NCBI GenBank assembly: GCA_027364875.1
Contig: DAHXON010000009.1
Coordinates: 913 to 64,912, forward strand
DNA length: 64,000 bases
Source: Chloroflexota bacterium
GTDB taxonomy: Bacteria > Chloroflexota > Limnocylindria > Limnocylindrales > CSP1-4
Reading direction: 5' to 3'
Shown here: in pieces, positions 52,418 to 61,128 of the stretch
How the letters are laid out: every line of letters begins with the position of its first letter
Position numbering within the stretch: the stretch's first letter is position 1
Notes under the pieces: model-generated
The model's database searches: none
Told to the model about the DNA's origin: nothing
What the model saw: the letters and a program-made list of their open reading frames with translations, nothing else
Translations under genes and position numbers: made by a program

Positions 52418-52942
52418 CTACTCCCGGGGCGGCTGGTCCGTACCTGGACCCTCCCGGTGGCCTTCCTCCAGGTCGATGTCCAGCGAATTCACGAACTCGC
52501 GGAAGACCTCGAGCTTCTCGTCCTCTTTGGCCTCAGGCTCGACGCCGGCGCGGTCCAGGACTTCGGTCGCGGCGAAGATTCGTACTCCGGTCCGAACGGC
52601 CAGGGCGAGCGCGTCGGAGGGGCGGGCGTCGATCGAGTAGGACCGGCCGTCGAGCTCGAGCTCGAGCGTGGCGTGGAACGTCTCCTCGCTCAGGCTCGAG
52701 ACGATGACGCTGGTCACCTTGACGCCCAGCTCGGCCAGGGTGCTGGCGAACAGGTCGTGAGTGAGGGGCCGCTCGGGCGTGACGCCCTGAAGCCGGGTGG
52801 CAATCGCATTGGCCTCCCAGGGGCCGATCCAGATGGGCAGGTACCGCTCGCGATCCGTTTCCTTGAGCAGCACGACGTGCTGGCTCGACAGCATGTGGAC
52901 TCGGACGCTTTCGACGACGACCTCTGCCAGCGACTCTGCCAT
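52418..52942 (-). CDS. bifunctional nuclease family protein (DUF151)
   Basis: 174 aa from the ATG at 52942; VVLLKETDRERYLPIWIGPWEANAIA..RPLTHDL..DARPSDALALAVR. Confidence 0.8.
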   Translation of the reverse strand: MAESLAEVVVESVRVHMLSSQHVVLLKETDRERYLPIWIGPWEANAIATRLQGVTPERPLTHDLFASTLAELGVKVTSVIVSSLSEETFHATLELELDGRSYSIDARPSDALALAVRTGVRIFAATEVLDRAGVEPEAKEDEKLEVFREFVNSLDIDLEEGHREGPGTDQPPRE

Positions 52943-53032
52943 GGGCCGGATTATCCCACTCCCGCCCACGGGCCGACGCTGGATGGCCGGCAGTCACGCC
53001 TTGCGACTCGGCCCGCGGACTGGTGAGCCGAG

Positions 53033-55342
53033 CTAGTTGAGTGGCGCGGCACTCGGTGACGTGGAGGGCCCAATGGACGGCTTGGGCGAACTAGAAGGCT
53101 TCGCCGAGCCCGACGCAGGCGCACTGCCGGTCGGTGTCGGAGTCGCCGACGGGTTCAGTGAGGCGCTCATGAGGTTGCCGCTCTCCACCCAGTACAGGAC
53201 GGGATTAGCGCCGCTCTCGTCCTTGGTCACGAACATTCCCCGGACGTCGGAGAGCCAGGGCTGCCCGGCCGGGACCATGTAGTCGCCCACGACGGCGCCG
53301 TCGCTCTTGCGGATCGCGACGATCCTGCGGTTGTAGCTGTCGTAGGCGTACAGGGTGCCCTGGTTCTGGGTGTTGTTGTCGGCGGTGATGCGCGTGTAGA
53401 CGGGCGCGTGAGGTCGGAGCAGCTTGGCCTTGTCCGCGGTGTCGGCCGGCAGGTCCGGGCTCCACGTCTTGACCGCCGAGCCCGTTTCGTACTGGACGAG
53501 GCGGCCGTCCTGGAGGAGGTAGACGCTGCCGTCGATGTACATGTCGTCGACGGTGGACACGTTCTGATTCACGAGGAGGTACGGGGACTTGTCACCGGCC
53601 GGGTAGCTGCTGCCGTCGGCGGCGGGCGGGTACTTCATGATCTGGCTGAGGATCGGGACGACGATGTAGATGTTGTACTGGCCGATCTGCGAGGTGGCCG
53701 CGAACGTGCCGATCGCCCGTGAGCCCCTACCCCAGTTGACGTTGTCCGGGATGTTGATCTTGATCAGCGTCCGCCGGCCGCTCTTCTCGATGGTGTCCGG
53801 CCTCAACCGCCACAGCGTGTTGAAGTCATCGAGGATCAGCACGTCGCCGCCGCCCGTGGTGAGAAGCAACGGGTGGCCAACGATCCCCGCCCCGGCCGTG
53901 GGCGGCTGTCCGGCCCACATCATCGGCAGTTTGGTGCCGCTCCCCAGATCCACTCGGTAGACCGTGCCGACGGTGTTGTCGATCAGGTAGGCGGCCCCGT
54001 CCGGGCCGAGGACGACGCCGGTCAGCAGGTCCGTGTTGAAGCTGGCCACGACCTGAGGCTGGATCATGGTGATGCCGTAGTAGGCGTTCAGGCCGTTGGT
54101 GGCCGTGTTGAGCAGGCTCGCCACGTTGTCCTCGGCATAGCCGTGGGTCTGGGCGAACTGGAGCTTCTGGAAGGCGTCCTTCAGATAGTCGTAGGCCTTG
54201 TTGGGATCGGTCGAGACCAGATCCTTGCCGCCCCCGTAGACGGCGGCGATGTCCGTCTGAGCCTGCGAGAAGGCCTGCTGGGCAGAGACCTGCTTGTCGA
54301 TCATGGCGCTCTGGCTCGGTCCGGCGAAGAACCACATCGCCGTGCCGACGATGGCTATCACGCTGAGGAGCCCGATCACCGCCACGGCGGCCCGCTGCTG
54401 GCGCTCCCGACGGACGATCATGGGCGTGACCCGGCCGCGCCTCGCGGGACGCTCCGGCATCCGATCGAAGAGGCTGTACACGCCCCGGCGAAGCCATCCG
54501 TCGGCGACCAGCTGGGCCTGATGGGCGGTGCTCTGGACCGCGGCGACGCCGCCGCTGACCGTGTCCGCCAGCGGGATCGGCGAGTGCTCGGGGGCGCCGG
54601 CCAGGGAGTCGTTCGGCCAGACCGGCTTGAGCGGGGAGGCGCGGTGCGTGGACGCGACCTCGGTCGCCTCGACGATCACGATGCCGTCGCCGCCGGTGGC
54701 CCCCAGACCGCCCGAGCTGAACTGGCGCTGGAGCTGGTCCACAGCCGCCTGCGGGTGGAGCTGGCCGACGGTGTCCTGCAGCGGGCCCAGGCCGATCTTT
54801 CGGGTCACGTTCGGCGAGACGAGTACGAGGCAGTCGCCCATGGCGATCTCCCCGTGCCAGACCTCCGGTCCGTCGAGCTCCTCGGCCGGAAGACCACTCT
54901 CGGGGTTGGCGTCCGGGAGCGTCAGCAGGCGAGCCTGACGGATGAGATATGCCTCGGCGGGTCCGAGAGTCGCCACGTACAGCTCGTTGCCGCGGACGAC
55001 GGCGAGCGCGATCCCGATGGGCGAGCCCTGGCCAGGCTCGACGACCGGTCGATCGGGGGAGTGGAGCAGGACTTTGTTGGCCGCGTTCACCGCCTTGCGG
55101 AGGCAGACGGAGATGCCGGCGGAGAGGTCGTAGTAGTAGTCGTCGCGGATCCGGTCCGCCACGACTTTGGTGGCCTCACGCAGCTTCCGCCCGCCGGCCC
55201 CGGTGACGAGCAGATAGAGACTGCCCTTTGTTCGCGAAGTCGACCCGATGTTCGGCTCGACGATGCTGACTGTGTCGGCGGAGTCGGGGAGTCGGCGCTC
55301 CCCGGCGACGAGGCCGACGTTCATCTGAAGACGGATTGCCAT
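53033..55342 (-). CDS. PP2C-like (apparently ligand-deficient) cytoplasmic domain / TM helix / extracytoplasmic propeller-like domain protein
   Basis: 769 aa, ATG start; IGIALAVVRGNELYVATLGPAEAYLIRQARLLTL resembles the PP2C core with GDSR replaced by GPAE; TM AAVAVIGLLSVIAIVGTAMWFFA; repeated beta-blade-like segments; Ser/Pro tail. Confidence 0.72.
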   Translation of the reverse strand: MAIRLQMNVGLVAGERRLPDSADTVSIVEPNIGSTSRTKGSLYLLVTGAGGRKLREATKVVADRIRDDYYYDLSAGISVCLRKAVNAANKVLLHSPDRPVVEPGQGSPIGIALAVVRGNELYVATLGPAEAYLIRQARLLTLPDANPESGLPAEELDGPEVWHGEIAMGDCLVLVSPNVTRKIGLGPLQDTVGQLHPQAAVDQLQRQFSSGGLGATGGDGIVIVEATEVASTHRASPLKPVWPNDSLAGAPEHSPIPLADTVSGGVAAVQSTAHQAQLVADGWLRRGVYSLFDRMPERPARRGRVTPMIVRRERQQRAAVAVIGLLSVIAIVGTAMWFFAGPSQSAMIDKQVSAQQAFSQAQTDIAAVYGGGKDLVSTDPNKAYDYLKDAFQKLQFAQTHGYAEDNVASLLNTATNGLNAYYGITMIQPQVVASFNTDLLTGVVLGPDGAAYLIDNTVGTVYRVDLGSGTKLPMMWAGQPPTAGAGIVGHPLLLTTGGGDVLILDDFNTLWRLRPDTIEKSGRRTLIKINIPDNVNWGRGSRAIGTFAATSQIGQYNIYIVVPILSQIMKYPPAADGSSYPAGDKSPYLLVNQNVSTVDDMYIDGSVYLLQDGRLVQYETGSAVKTWSPDLPADTADKAKLLRPHAPVYTRITADNNTQNQGTLYAYDSYNRRIVAIRKSDGAVVGDYMVPAGQPWLSDVRGMFVTKDESGANPVLYWVESGNLMSASLNPSATPTPTGSAPASGSAKPSSSPKPSIGPSTSPSAAPLN

Positions 55343-55413
55343 GTCGCCTTTTGCGGCTGGAGTCGATGCGCCGGCGGACCGGGCCGGTTCGGGCCCGTTG
55401 TCGTGCGCCGGGA

Positions 55414-55932
55414 TTATACGTGTCGAGTAACGACTCGGAGCTGACGGACGGCGACACGGGAAGCGTTACGGAGCGCGGCCAGCAACTCCGGCGAACGCAA
55501 CCTTATCTCCTGGGCGACGATCGGTAGGTCCGCTTCCACGGTCGCGACATCGTGGCTCAGGCCGATCAGACGGCAGGAGCCGGCGGCCGCCGGAACTCTG
55601 TCGGCGAGGATCCGGAGCCAGGCGGCCGCCAGTCTGGCCTGCTCGAGCTGCTCCTCGAGGCCGAACTGTCGGGCTGTGTCGGGCAGGAGATCCGCGAGGC
55701 GCTGCATGCTCCGGGTCCGCCGCTCGTCGGGATCACCCGGATCGGGCCGGCGTTTCGATGTGGATTCGTCGCTGCTCCCAGGGTCACGGCCCGGACCGAC
55801 GGCCCGCGGCACCCTCGGACCTCGAGCAACTCGAGGATGTCCCGGATCTCCGGGTTCTCCGGGCTTACTCGGGGGACTCACGGCTCCACTTCCTCCACGC
55901 GCGCTCCGGCGGGTCCCTCGCTGACCCGCCAC
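55414..55932 (-). CDS. DUF721 (DciA-like) protein
   Basis: C-terminal ~95 aa (from the ATG at 55707) looks like DUF721: ..LAAAWLRILADRVPAAAGSCRLIGLSHDVATVEADLPIVAQEIRL..; the longest ORF (GTG 55932) overlaps recF by 55 nt, so the start is uncertain; position after recF matches actinobacterial synteny. Confidence 0.6.
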   Translation of the reverse strand: MAGQRGTRRSARGGSGAVSPPSKPGEPGDPGHPRVARGPRVPRAVGPGRDPGSSDESTSKRRPDPGDPDERRTRSMQRLADLLPDTARQFGLEEQLEQARLAAAWLRILADRVPAAAGSCRLIGLSHDVATVEADLPIVAQEIRLRSPELLAALRNASRVAVRQLRVVTRHV

Positions 55933-57092
55933 GAATGCGCCCGGCGACGCAGGGCGGGGTCCACCTCGGTGGGATCCGTCGCGGTGATGAGAGCCTGCGG
56001 CAGCTCGGAGATTCTCCGGACGAGGTGGGCCCGTCGGTCCGGATCGAGCTCGGAGAAGACGTCATCGAGCAGCAGCAGGGGCGGCTGGCCGTCCAGAGCG
56101 GTCAGCAGATCCATCTCGGCCAGCTTGAAGGCAAGGATGGCGGTCCGCTGCTGGCCCCGCGACGAGAAGGTGGCCAGGTCGCGGCCGCCCAGGCTGAACA
56201 CGAGATCGTCGCGATGGGGCCCGATCAGCGTCGCGCCGTTCCAGACTTCCTTCTCGGCCGTCTCACGGAGCCTGCGCGCCAGGGCGTCACGCGGCCCTTC
56301 GCTGGCTGCCGCCGCGGCATTCGACTGGTAAGCGACCGTGAGCCGGTCCTCGGCCGGGGCGATCTCCGAGTGAGCGCGCGCCAGCGGCTCGGCGAGTCGG
56401 GCCAGCATTCGCAGCCGGGCAGTAACCACGGCCGCCCCGGCGGTGAGGAACGGCTCGTCCCAGAGCCGCAGCTGGTCGCGATCGCCCTCACCCTCCCTGA
56501 TCGAACGCAGGAGGCTGTTCCGCTGCTGCAGCGCCCGGCCGTACGTCGCGAGGTTCGACGCGTAGCTCGGATCGGTGGGTCCGGTCAGCTCGTCCAGCGA
56601 GGCGCGACGGAGGCTGGGAGAGCCCACGACCAGAAGCATCTCTTCCGGCGCGAACATGACGGTCCGGAGTTGATCACCAAGGGCCGTGGGTCGCCTCGGT
56701 ACGCCGTTCACGGCGATCTTCTTTCGGCCGCCGGGCGCCAGCGTGACCGTCAGCGTCGTCGGGTGGACTTCCGCGGCCCCGACGCCGGCGGCCTGAGCCT
56801 CCACGCCGGAAGCCGCGCCCTCGCCCAGTCCCGTCTCCTCGAGCTCGCCGGCTCCTTCCGCCGCAAGACCCCGGATCAGAGTGCCTTCGATCCGAAGGAA
56901 ATCGGCTCCCCAGCGGATCATCTCCGCGTCCGTCGTCGTCCGGTGCGACCGTCCCAGCCCGAGCACTATTACCGCCTCGAGCAGGGTGGTTTTGCCGACC
57001 GCGTTCGGCCCCCAGATCAGCTGCGGCCCCGAAGCGAGCGCGAGATCGAGCGACTCGTAGCCTCGCAGGTTCCGGATCGTCAGGGCGCGCAG
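55878..57092 (-). CDS. recF: DNA replication and repair protein RecF (non-canonical start required)
   Basis: Frame open from the TAG at 57138-57140; LRALTIRNLRGYESLDLALASGPQLIWGPNAVGKTTLLEAV (Walker A at 56985-57011) lies upstream of the first ATG/GTG/TTG (GTG 56966). Candidate starts: CTG 57092, ATC 57095, ATC 57137. Confidence 0.85.
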   Translation of the reverse strand: MRALTIRNLRGYESLDLALASGPQLIWGPNAVGKTTLLEAVIVLGLGRSHRTTTDAEMIRWGADFLRIEGTLIRGLAAEGAGELEETGLGEGAASGVEAQAAGVGAAEVHPTTLTVTLAPGGRKKIAVNGVPRRPTALGDQLRTVMFAPEEMLLVVGSPSLRRASLDELTGPTDPSYASNLATYGRALQQRNSLLRSIREGEGDRDQLRLWDEPFLTAGAAVVTARLRMLARLAEPLARAHSEIAPAEDRLTVAYQSNAAAAASEGPRDALARRLRETAEKEVWNGATLIGPHRDDLVFSLGGRDLATFSSRGQQRTAILAFKLAEMDLLTALDGQPPLLLLDDVFSELDPDRRAHLVRRISELPQALITATDPTEVDPALRRRAHSWRVSEGPAGARVEEVEP

Positions 57093-57147
57093 GATCGCCG
57101 GCGGCCTGGACCCGGACTGAGAGGATGGGAACGAGATCTATCGACTC

Positions 57148-58266
57148 CTACGACGTCGTCTTGACGGGCATGACGACGTGAACGTACGCCCCGTCGCTGA
57201 CGGGCCGGAAGACGCCGGGCGAGAGCGGGCCGTTGAGCTCGAGGGTGAACTGGTCGGTGTCCACGTTGTTGAGGACGTCCAGCAGATACCGCGAGTTGAA
57301 GGCGATCGTCGTCCCGTCGCCCTCGACCGTGGCCTCGACCTCGCTCTGGTTGTCGCCGATGTCCGCGGCGGCGCTGACCTTGATCCCGATCTCGGCATCC
57401 TTGCCCACGTGGAGCTTGACGATGTTGGCCGAGGAGCTGGCGATGAGGCTGGCGAGGCGGACTGCCTGGAGGAGCTGCTCGCGATCGACCGTGGCCTTGG
57501 TCGTGAAGCCCTTGGGTAGAACCTGCTGGTAGTTGGGGAACTGGCCGTCGATCAACCGGCTGACCAGGTCGATGCCCTCCAGATGGAAGAGGATCTGGTT
57601 CCGGCTGTGCGACAGCATCAGCTCGATGGGCTCGTCGGTGTCCGAGAGGACACGAGAGAGCTCGTGGAGCGATCGGGCCGGGATCACGACGCTCGTCTCT
57701 TCCACGGCGTCCAGCACGGTGATCGTCTTGACCGCGATTCGATAGTTGTCCGCCGCGGCGAGAGTCAGCTTGTCGCCTTCGAAGCGGGCGAGTACTCCCG
57801 TGAGGATGGGGCGCGCTTCGTCGGTGGCCGCGGCGAAGGTGACCTCGTCGAGGCTCTCGCGCAGGATGTTCTGCGGAATTCGGGTAGTGGGTCGCTCCCC
57901 CGCGGTCGGGATGGCCGGGAACTCCTCAGCGTCGATTCCTTTGACGCGTGTGGCGAATCGACCGGCAGTGATGTTGAGCGTGTCCTGGGCCTCGAGCTCC
58001 AGGTCCACGCGCTCGTTCGACGGCAGGCCCGAGACGATGTCGGTGAGCAAACGGGCCGGCACGGTGAGGGCGCCGCCCGTGTCGATCTTGCCCGGCACCC
58101 AGTAGGTGATGCCGATCTCGAGATTGGTCGCCGTGAGTTTCAGTCCGGCGTCCTCGGTACGGAGTAGAACGTTGTTGAGGACCGGCAGGGTGCTCCTGGT
58201 CGAGACGGCGCGGCTTACGACCTGGAGACCGCGAGCCAGGTTCTCCTGCATGACCGAGAGCTTCAC
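57148..58266 (-). CDS. dnaN: DNA polymerase III beta sliding clamp
   Basis: 372 aa, GTG start; MKLSVMQENLARGLQVVSRAV..LPVLNNVLL, three-domain length, ..YVHVVMPV tail. Confidence 0.95.
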   Translation of the reverse strand: MKLSVMQENLARGLQVVSRAVSTRSTLPVLNNVLLRTEDAGLKLTATNLEIGITYWVPGKIDTGGALTVPARLLTDIVSGLPSNERVDLELEAQDTLNITAGRFATRVKGIDAEEFPAIPTAGERPTTRIPQNILRESLDEVTFAAATDEARPILTGVLARFEGDKLTLAAADNYRIAVKTITVLDAVEETSVVIPARSLHELSRVLSDTDEPIELMLSHSRNQILFHLEGIDLVSRLIDGQFPNYQQVLPKGFTTKATVDREQLLQAVRLASLIASSSANIVKLHVGKDAEIGIKVSAAADIGDNQSEVEATVEGDGTTIAFNSRYLLDVLNNVDTDQFTLELNGPLSPGVFRPVSDGAYVHVVMPVKTTS

Positions 58267-58804
58267 TTCGGCTTCACTCCCCTGGGATCGGGCATGGCGG
58301 CTGACGGCAATTGGCGGGCGAACGACAGCCCTAGGTTTGTAAGAGATTGTCTATCTATCTTCTCATCCCGTCATCACCATCATCATGGTGTGGAGACTGT
58401 GGGCGCCGCGCGCGGGCACGCTCGGAGACGGCGTGGAGATCAGGGCGTCTACGGTGGATGAATTGGCTCGAATGGGGGATACGAGACAATTCTGTTGGGG
58501 GAAACCCGTCTGCGCCCGCGCTTTGAGAGGCTGAGCGGCCTGTTGGCTGGTCAGTGTATCGGCCCCCGGATAGCCGGGTTTCTCCACATCCGAGGATGCT
58601 TATCCACCGAAAAGGGCACCTTATCCACGAGCCGGGGCTTCTTCTGCCTCCCTGTGACCGGAGACGGCCCTCCGGCGCGACCTCGCTCTCGGCCCTGAAT
58701 CCCTGGCCGATCGACTGCCGCGCGAGCCGGGAACGCCCGCCCAGTTCCGCCAACGACGTGGAATTCCGCCGCGACCGCCCGCCCCTGGGAGGGGGCGGAC
58801 TCGC
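58267..58804. other. candidate oriC (dnaA-dnaN intergenic region)
   Basis: Seven TCCAC-core DnaA-box-like 9-mers (58389, 58432, 58453, 58580, 58600, 58621, 58757) plus an AT-rich tract at 58331-58388, in an otherwise GC-rich sequence. Confidence 0.6.
58580..58629 (+). promoter_or_regulatory. three phased direct DnaA-box-like sites
   Basis: TTCTCCACA (58580), TTATCCACC (58600), TTATCCACG (58621); 20-21 bp spacing, each one mismatch from TTATCCACA. Confidence 0.6.
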
Positions 58805-60178
58805 CTAGTCCGAGTAGATCAACTCGCGCACCGCGGCCAGCTCTCGGCGCAGCTCGTCGTTGACGCCCATCTCGCGATTGATCTTGTCGCAGGCGTGCAG
58901 GACCGTGGAGTGGTCTCTGCCGCCCAGCTCCGCCCCAATGCGCAGCAGCGAGACGTCCGTCTCCTCGCGCATCAGGAACATCGCGATCTGGCGAGGCACC
59001 ACGATCGCCTTGTCGCGCTTCTGGCCCTTGAGGGCATCGATCTGGACGCCGTAGTAATCCGCCACGGCCCGGGTGATGCGCTCGGGGGTGACGAGGCGCT
59101 TCTTGGGGTTGTACAGGACGTTCGAAAGCACCGCCTGGGCAAGCTCGATCGTGATCGGGACGGCGCCCATGCTCGCGTACGCGACGATGCGGTTCAGCGC
59201 GCCTTCGAGCTCACGGATGTTGCTGACGACCTTGCGGGCGATGAACTCGAGCACATCCGAGCTCACCGGCACGGCCTGCTCCTCGGCCTTGGCCCGGAGG
59301 ATGGCGATGCGCGTCTCGAGATCCGGCGCGGTCAGATCCGCGATGAGTCCCCACTCGAAGCGGCTTCGGAGCCGCTCTTCGAGCGTGAGGATGGCCTTGG
59401 GCGGCCGATCCGACGACAGCACGATCTGCTTGCCGTCCTCGTGGATCGCGTTGAACGTATGGAAGAACTCTTCCTGCGTTCGCTCTTTGTCCGCGATGAA
59501 CTGGATGTCGTCGATCAGGAGCAGATCGATCCGCCGGTACCGGGCTCGGAAGTCGTCGATCTTGCCCTGCTGGATGCTGGTGATGAACTCGTTGGTGAAC
59601 TTCTCGCTCGTGGCGTACAGGACGCGCTTGCGCGGGAAGCGGGCGATCACGGCGTTCCCGATCGCGTGCATCAGGTGCGTCTTGCCCAGGCCCACCCCGC
59701 CGTACAGGAAGAGCGGGTTGTAGGCATGTCCGGGCCGCTCGGCGACCGAGAGGCTGGCTGCGTGAGCGAGCCGGTTGGCCGAGCCGACGATGAAGTTGGA
59801 GAAGGTGTAACGGGAGTTGATGTTGGTTGAGGCGCCTTCGGGCGCTCCGACTCGCGTTGCCTCCAACCGCACCTGAGCCGGAGCCGGGACCCCGTTCGAC
59901 TGACCGGCCGAGCTGTTCGAGGAAGCCTCCGGGGCCGGCCGGACCATGAACTCGACCTGGACGCTGTAGCCCACGATGCGGGCCAGTGTCTGGGAGATCA
60001 GGGACCGATATCGCGTCTCCAGCCAGTCCTTGGCGAAGCCGTTGGGAACGGCAATCCTGAACTTGCTGTCGTCGACGTCGACCAGCGAGGTGTCCCGCAG
60101 CCATGTTTCATAGTTGGCCGGGGACAGGGAGACTTGCAGCTCTCCCAGTGCCGCGCGCCAGACTTGCTTCGCGTCCAT
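58805..60178 (-). CDS. dnaA: chromosomal replication initiator protein DnaA
   Basis: 457 aa from the ATG at 60178 (MDAKQVWRAALGELQ..YETWL); Walker A GGVGLGKTHLMHAIG, LLIDDIQF, RFEWGL, C-terminal DNA-binding domain ..GGRDHSTVLHA. Confidence 0.95.
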   Translation of the reverse strand: MDAKQVWRAALGELQVSLSPANYETWLRDTSLVDVDDSKFRIAVPNGFAKDWLETRYRSLISQTLARIVGYSVQVEFMVRPAPEASSNSSAGQSNGVPAPAQVRLEATRVGAPEGASTNINSRYTFSNFIVGSANRLAHAASLSVAERPGHAYNPLFLYGGVGLGKTHLMHAIGNAVIARFPRKRVLYATSEKFTNEFITSIQQGKIDDFRARYRRIDLLLIDDIQFIADKERTQEEFFHTFNAIHEDGKQIVLSSDRPPKAILTLEERLRSRFEWGLIADLTAPDLETRIAILRAKAEEQAVPVSSDVLEFIARKVVSNIRELEGALNRIVAYASMGAVPITIELAQAVLSNVLYNPKKRLVTPERITRAVADYYGVQIDALKGQKRDKAIVVPRQIAMFLMREETDVSLLRIGAELGGRDHSTVLHACDKINREMGVNDELRRELAAVRELIYSD

Positions 60179-60487
60179 CGAGCCGGGCTTGTCCTGAAAC
60201 AGACTTGAATGGATGGTCAGTTGCGTGACGGACTTGGATGTCCAGGATCCGCCTTCCAGCGCCGCGAGTCCGGCCCGTTTCGGCTTCTCCTCCGACCCGG
60301 TTCGACGGTTCTCGCGGTCCCCCTGAGACCAAACCCAGAGGTGTCTGGCGCCGCGGGCCGCCGAAGAATAGCACCGCCCCAGCGGCCCCGGCAAGGCTCG
60401 GGAGGGTACCTAATCGGATACTCCCGGGGAGTATAGGTGTGGGCGTGGAACCGAACGCCTCGCCACCCCTCCGGTCGCCAACGACGT

Positions 60488-60517
60488 TTGACACCCCGAA
60501 GAACTCGTACATATAAT
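60488..60517 (+). promoter_or_regulatory. consensus sigma-70 promoter upstream of rpmH
   Basis: TTGACA (60488-60493), 18 nt spacer, TATAAT (60512-60517); ~105 nt upstream of the rpmH ATG. Confidence 0.55.
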
Positions 60518-60622
60518 CCGCCGGCAGACGCGCCAAAGCGCATAAGTGCGCCCGGCGCGTTCGCGTGCCTTTTTCGGGGTATCCTGGGCCCCGAGGCCCC
60601 ATGGAGAGAAAAACACAATCCG

Positions 60623-60757
60623 ATGAAGCAGACCTATCAGCCCAAGAAGCGGCATCGCAGCAAGGAGCACGGCTTCCGGGCCCGGATGACCACCACCGGG
60701 GGACGCCGGGTTCTCGCTGCCCGTCGGGCTCGCGGCCGCAAGAAGCTGACGGTCTGA
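60623..60757 (+). CDS. rpmH: 50S ribosomal protein L34
   Basis: 44 aa [44 protein letters not shown]. Confidence 0.95.
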   Translation: MKQTYQPKKRHRSKEHGFRARMTTTGGRRVLAARRARGRKKLTV

Positions 60758-60792
60758 TCGCGGAGCGCGGCCACAACTCGCCGCGGTTGGTA

Positions 60793-61128
60793 ATGCTCTC
60801 CAGGCCGGAAGACTTTGCCGCTCTACAAGGGCAGGGAACCGTCAGGTCTCACCCCTTGTACGTCGTCCGAGTTCGCCGGTCCGGCCTCGAGGTAACGCGC
60901 TTCGGCCTGTCAACCGGACGCAAGCTCGGCGGAGCAGTGGTTCGGAACAGAGTACGCAGACGGATCCGTGAGGCACTCAGGGTGATGGCGCCCTCGTTCC
61001 AGCCAGGCTGGGACGTCCTGATCATCGCCCGACCGCCTGCCATCGGCGCGGATTTCGAGACGCTGGCGGGCACACTCGAGAACCTTCTCCGCCGGGGAGG
61101 AGTCCTTGGAGGGCGGACCGTCACGTGA
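60793..61128 (+). CDS. rnpA: ribonuclease P protein component
   Basis: 111 aa from the ATG at 60793 (TTG 60787 also possible); [25 protein letters not shown]-type RNR motif; follows rpmH. Confidence 0.85.
   Translation: MLSRPEDFAALQGQGTVRSHPLYVVRVRRSGLEVTRFGLSTGRKLGGAVVRNRVRRRIREALRVMAPSFQPGWDVLIIARPPAIGADFETLAGTLENLLRRGGVLGGRTVT

Noticed and set aside
60179-60394. 72-codon N-terminal extension of dnaA
   Set aside because: The canonical DnaA N-terminus (MDAKQVWRAALGEL..YETWL) begins at the internal ATG at 60178. The extension is unconserved-looking and would consume the promoter region.
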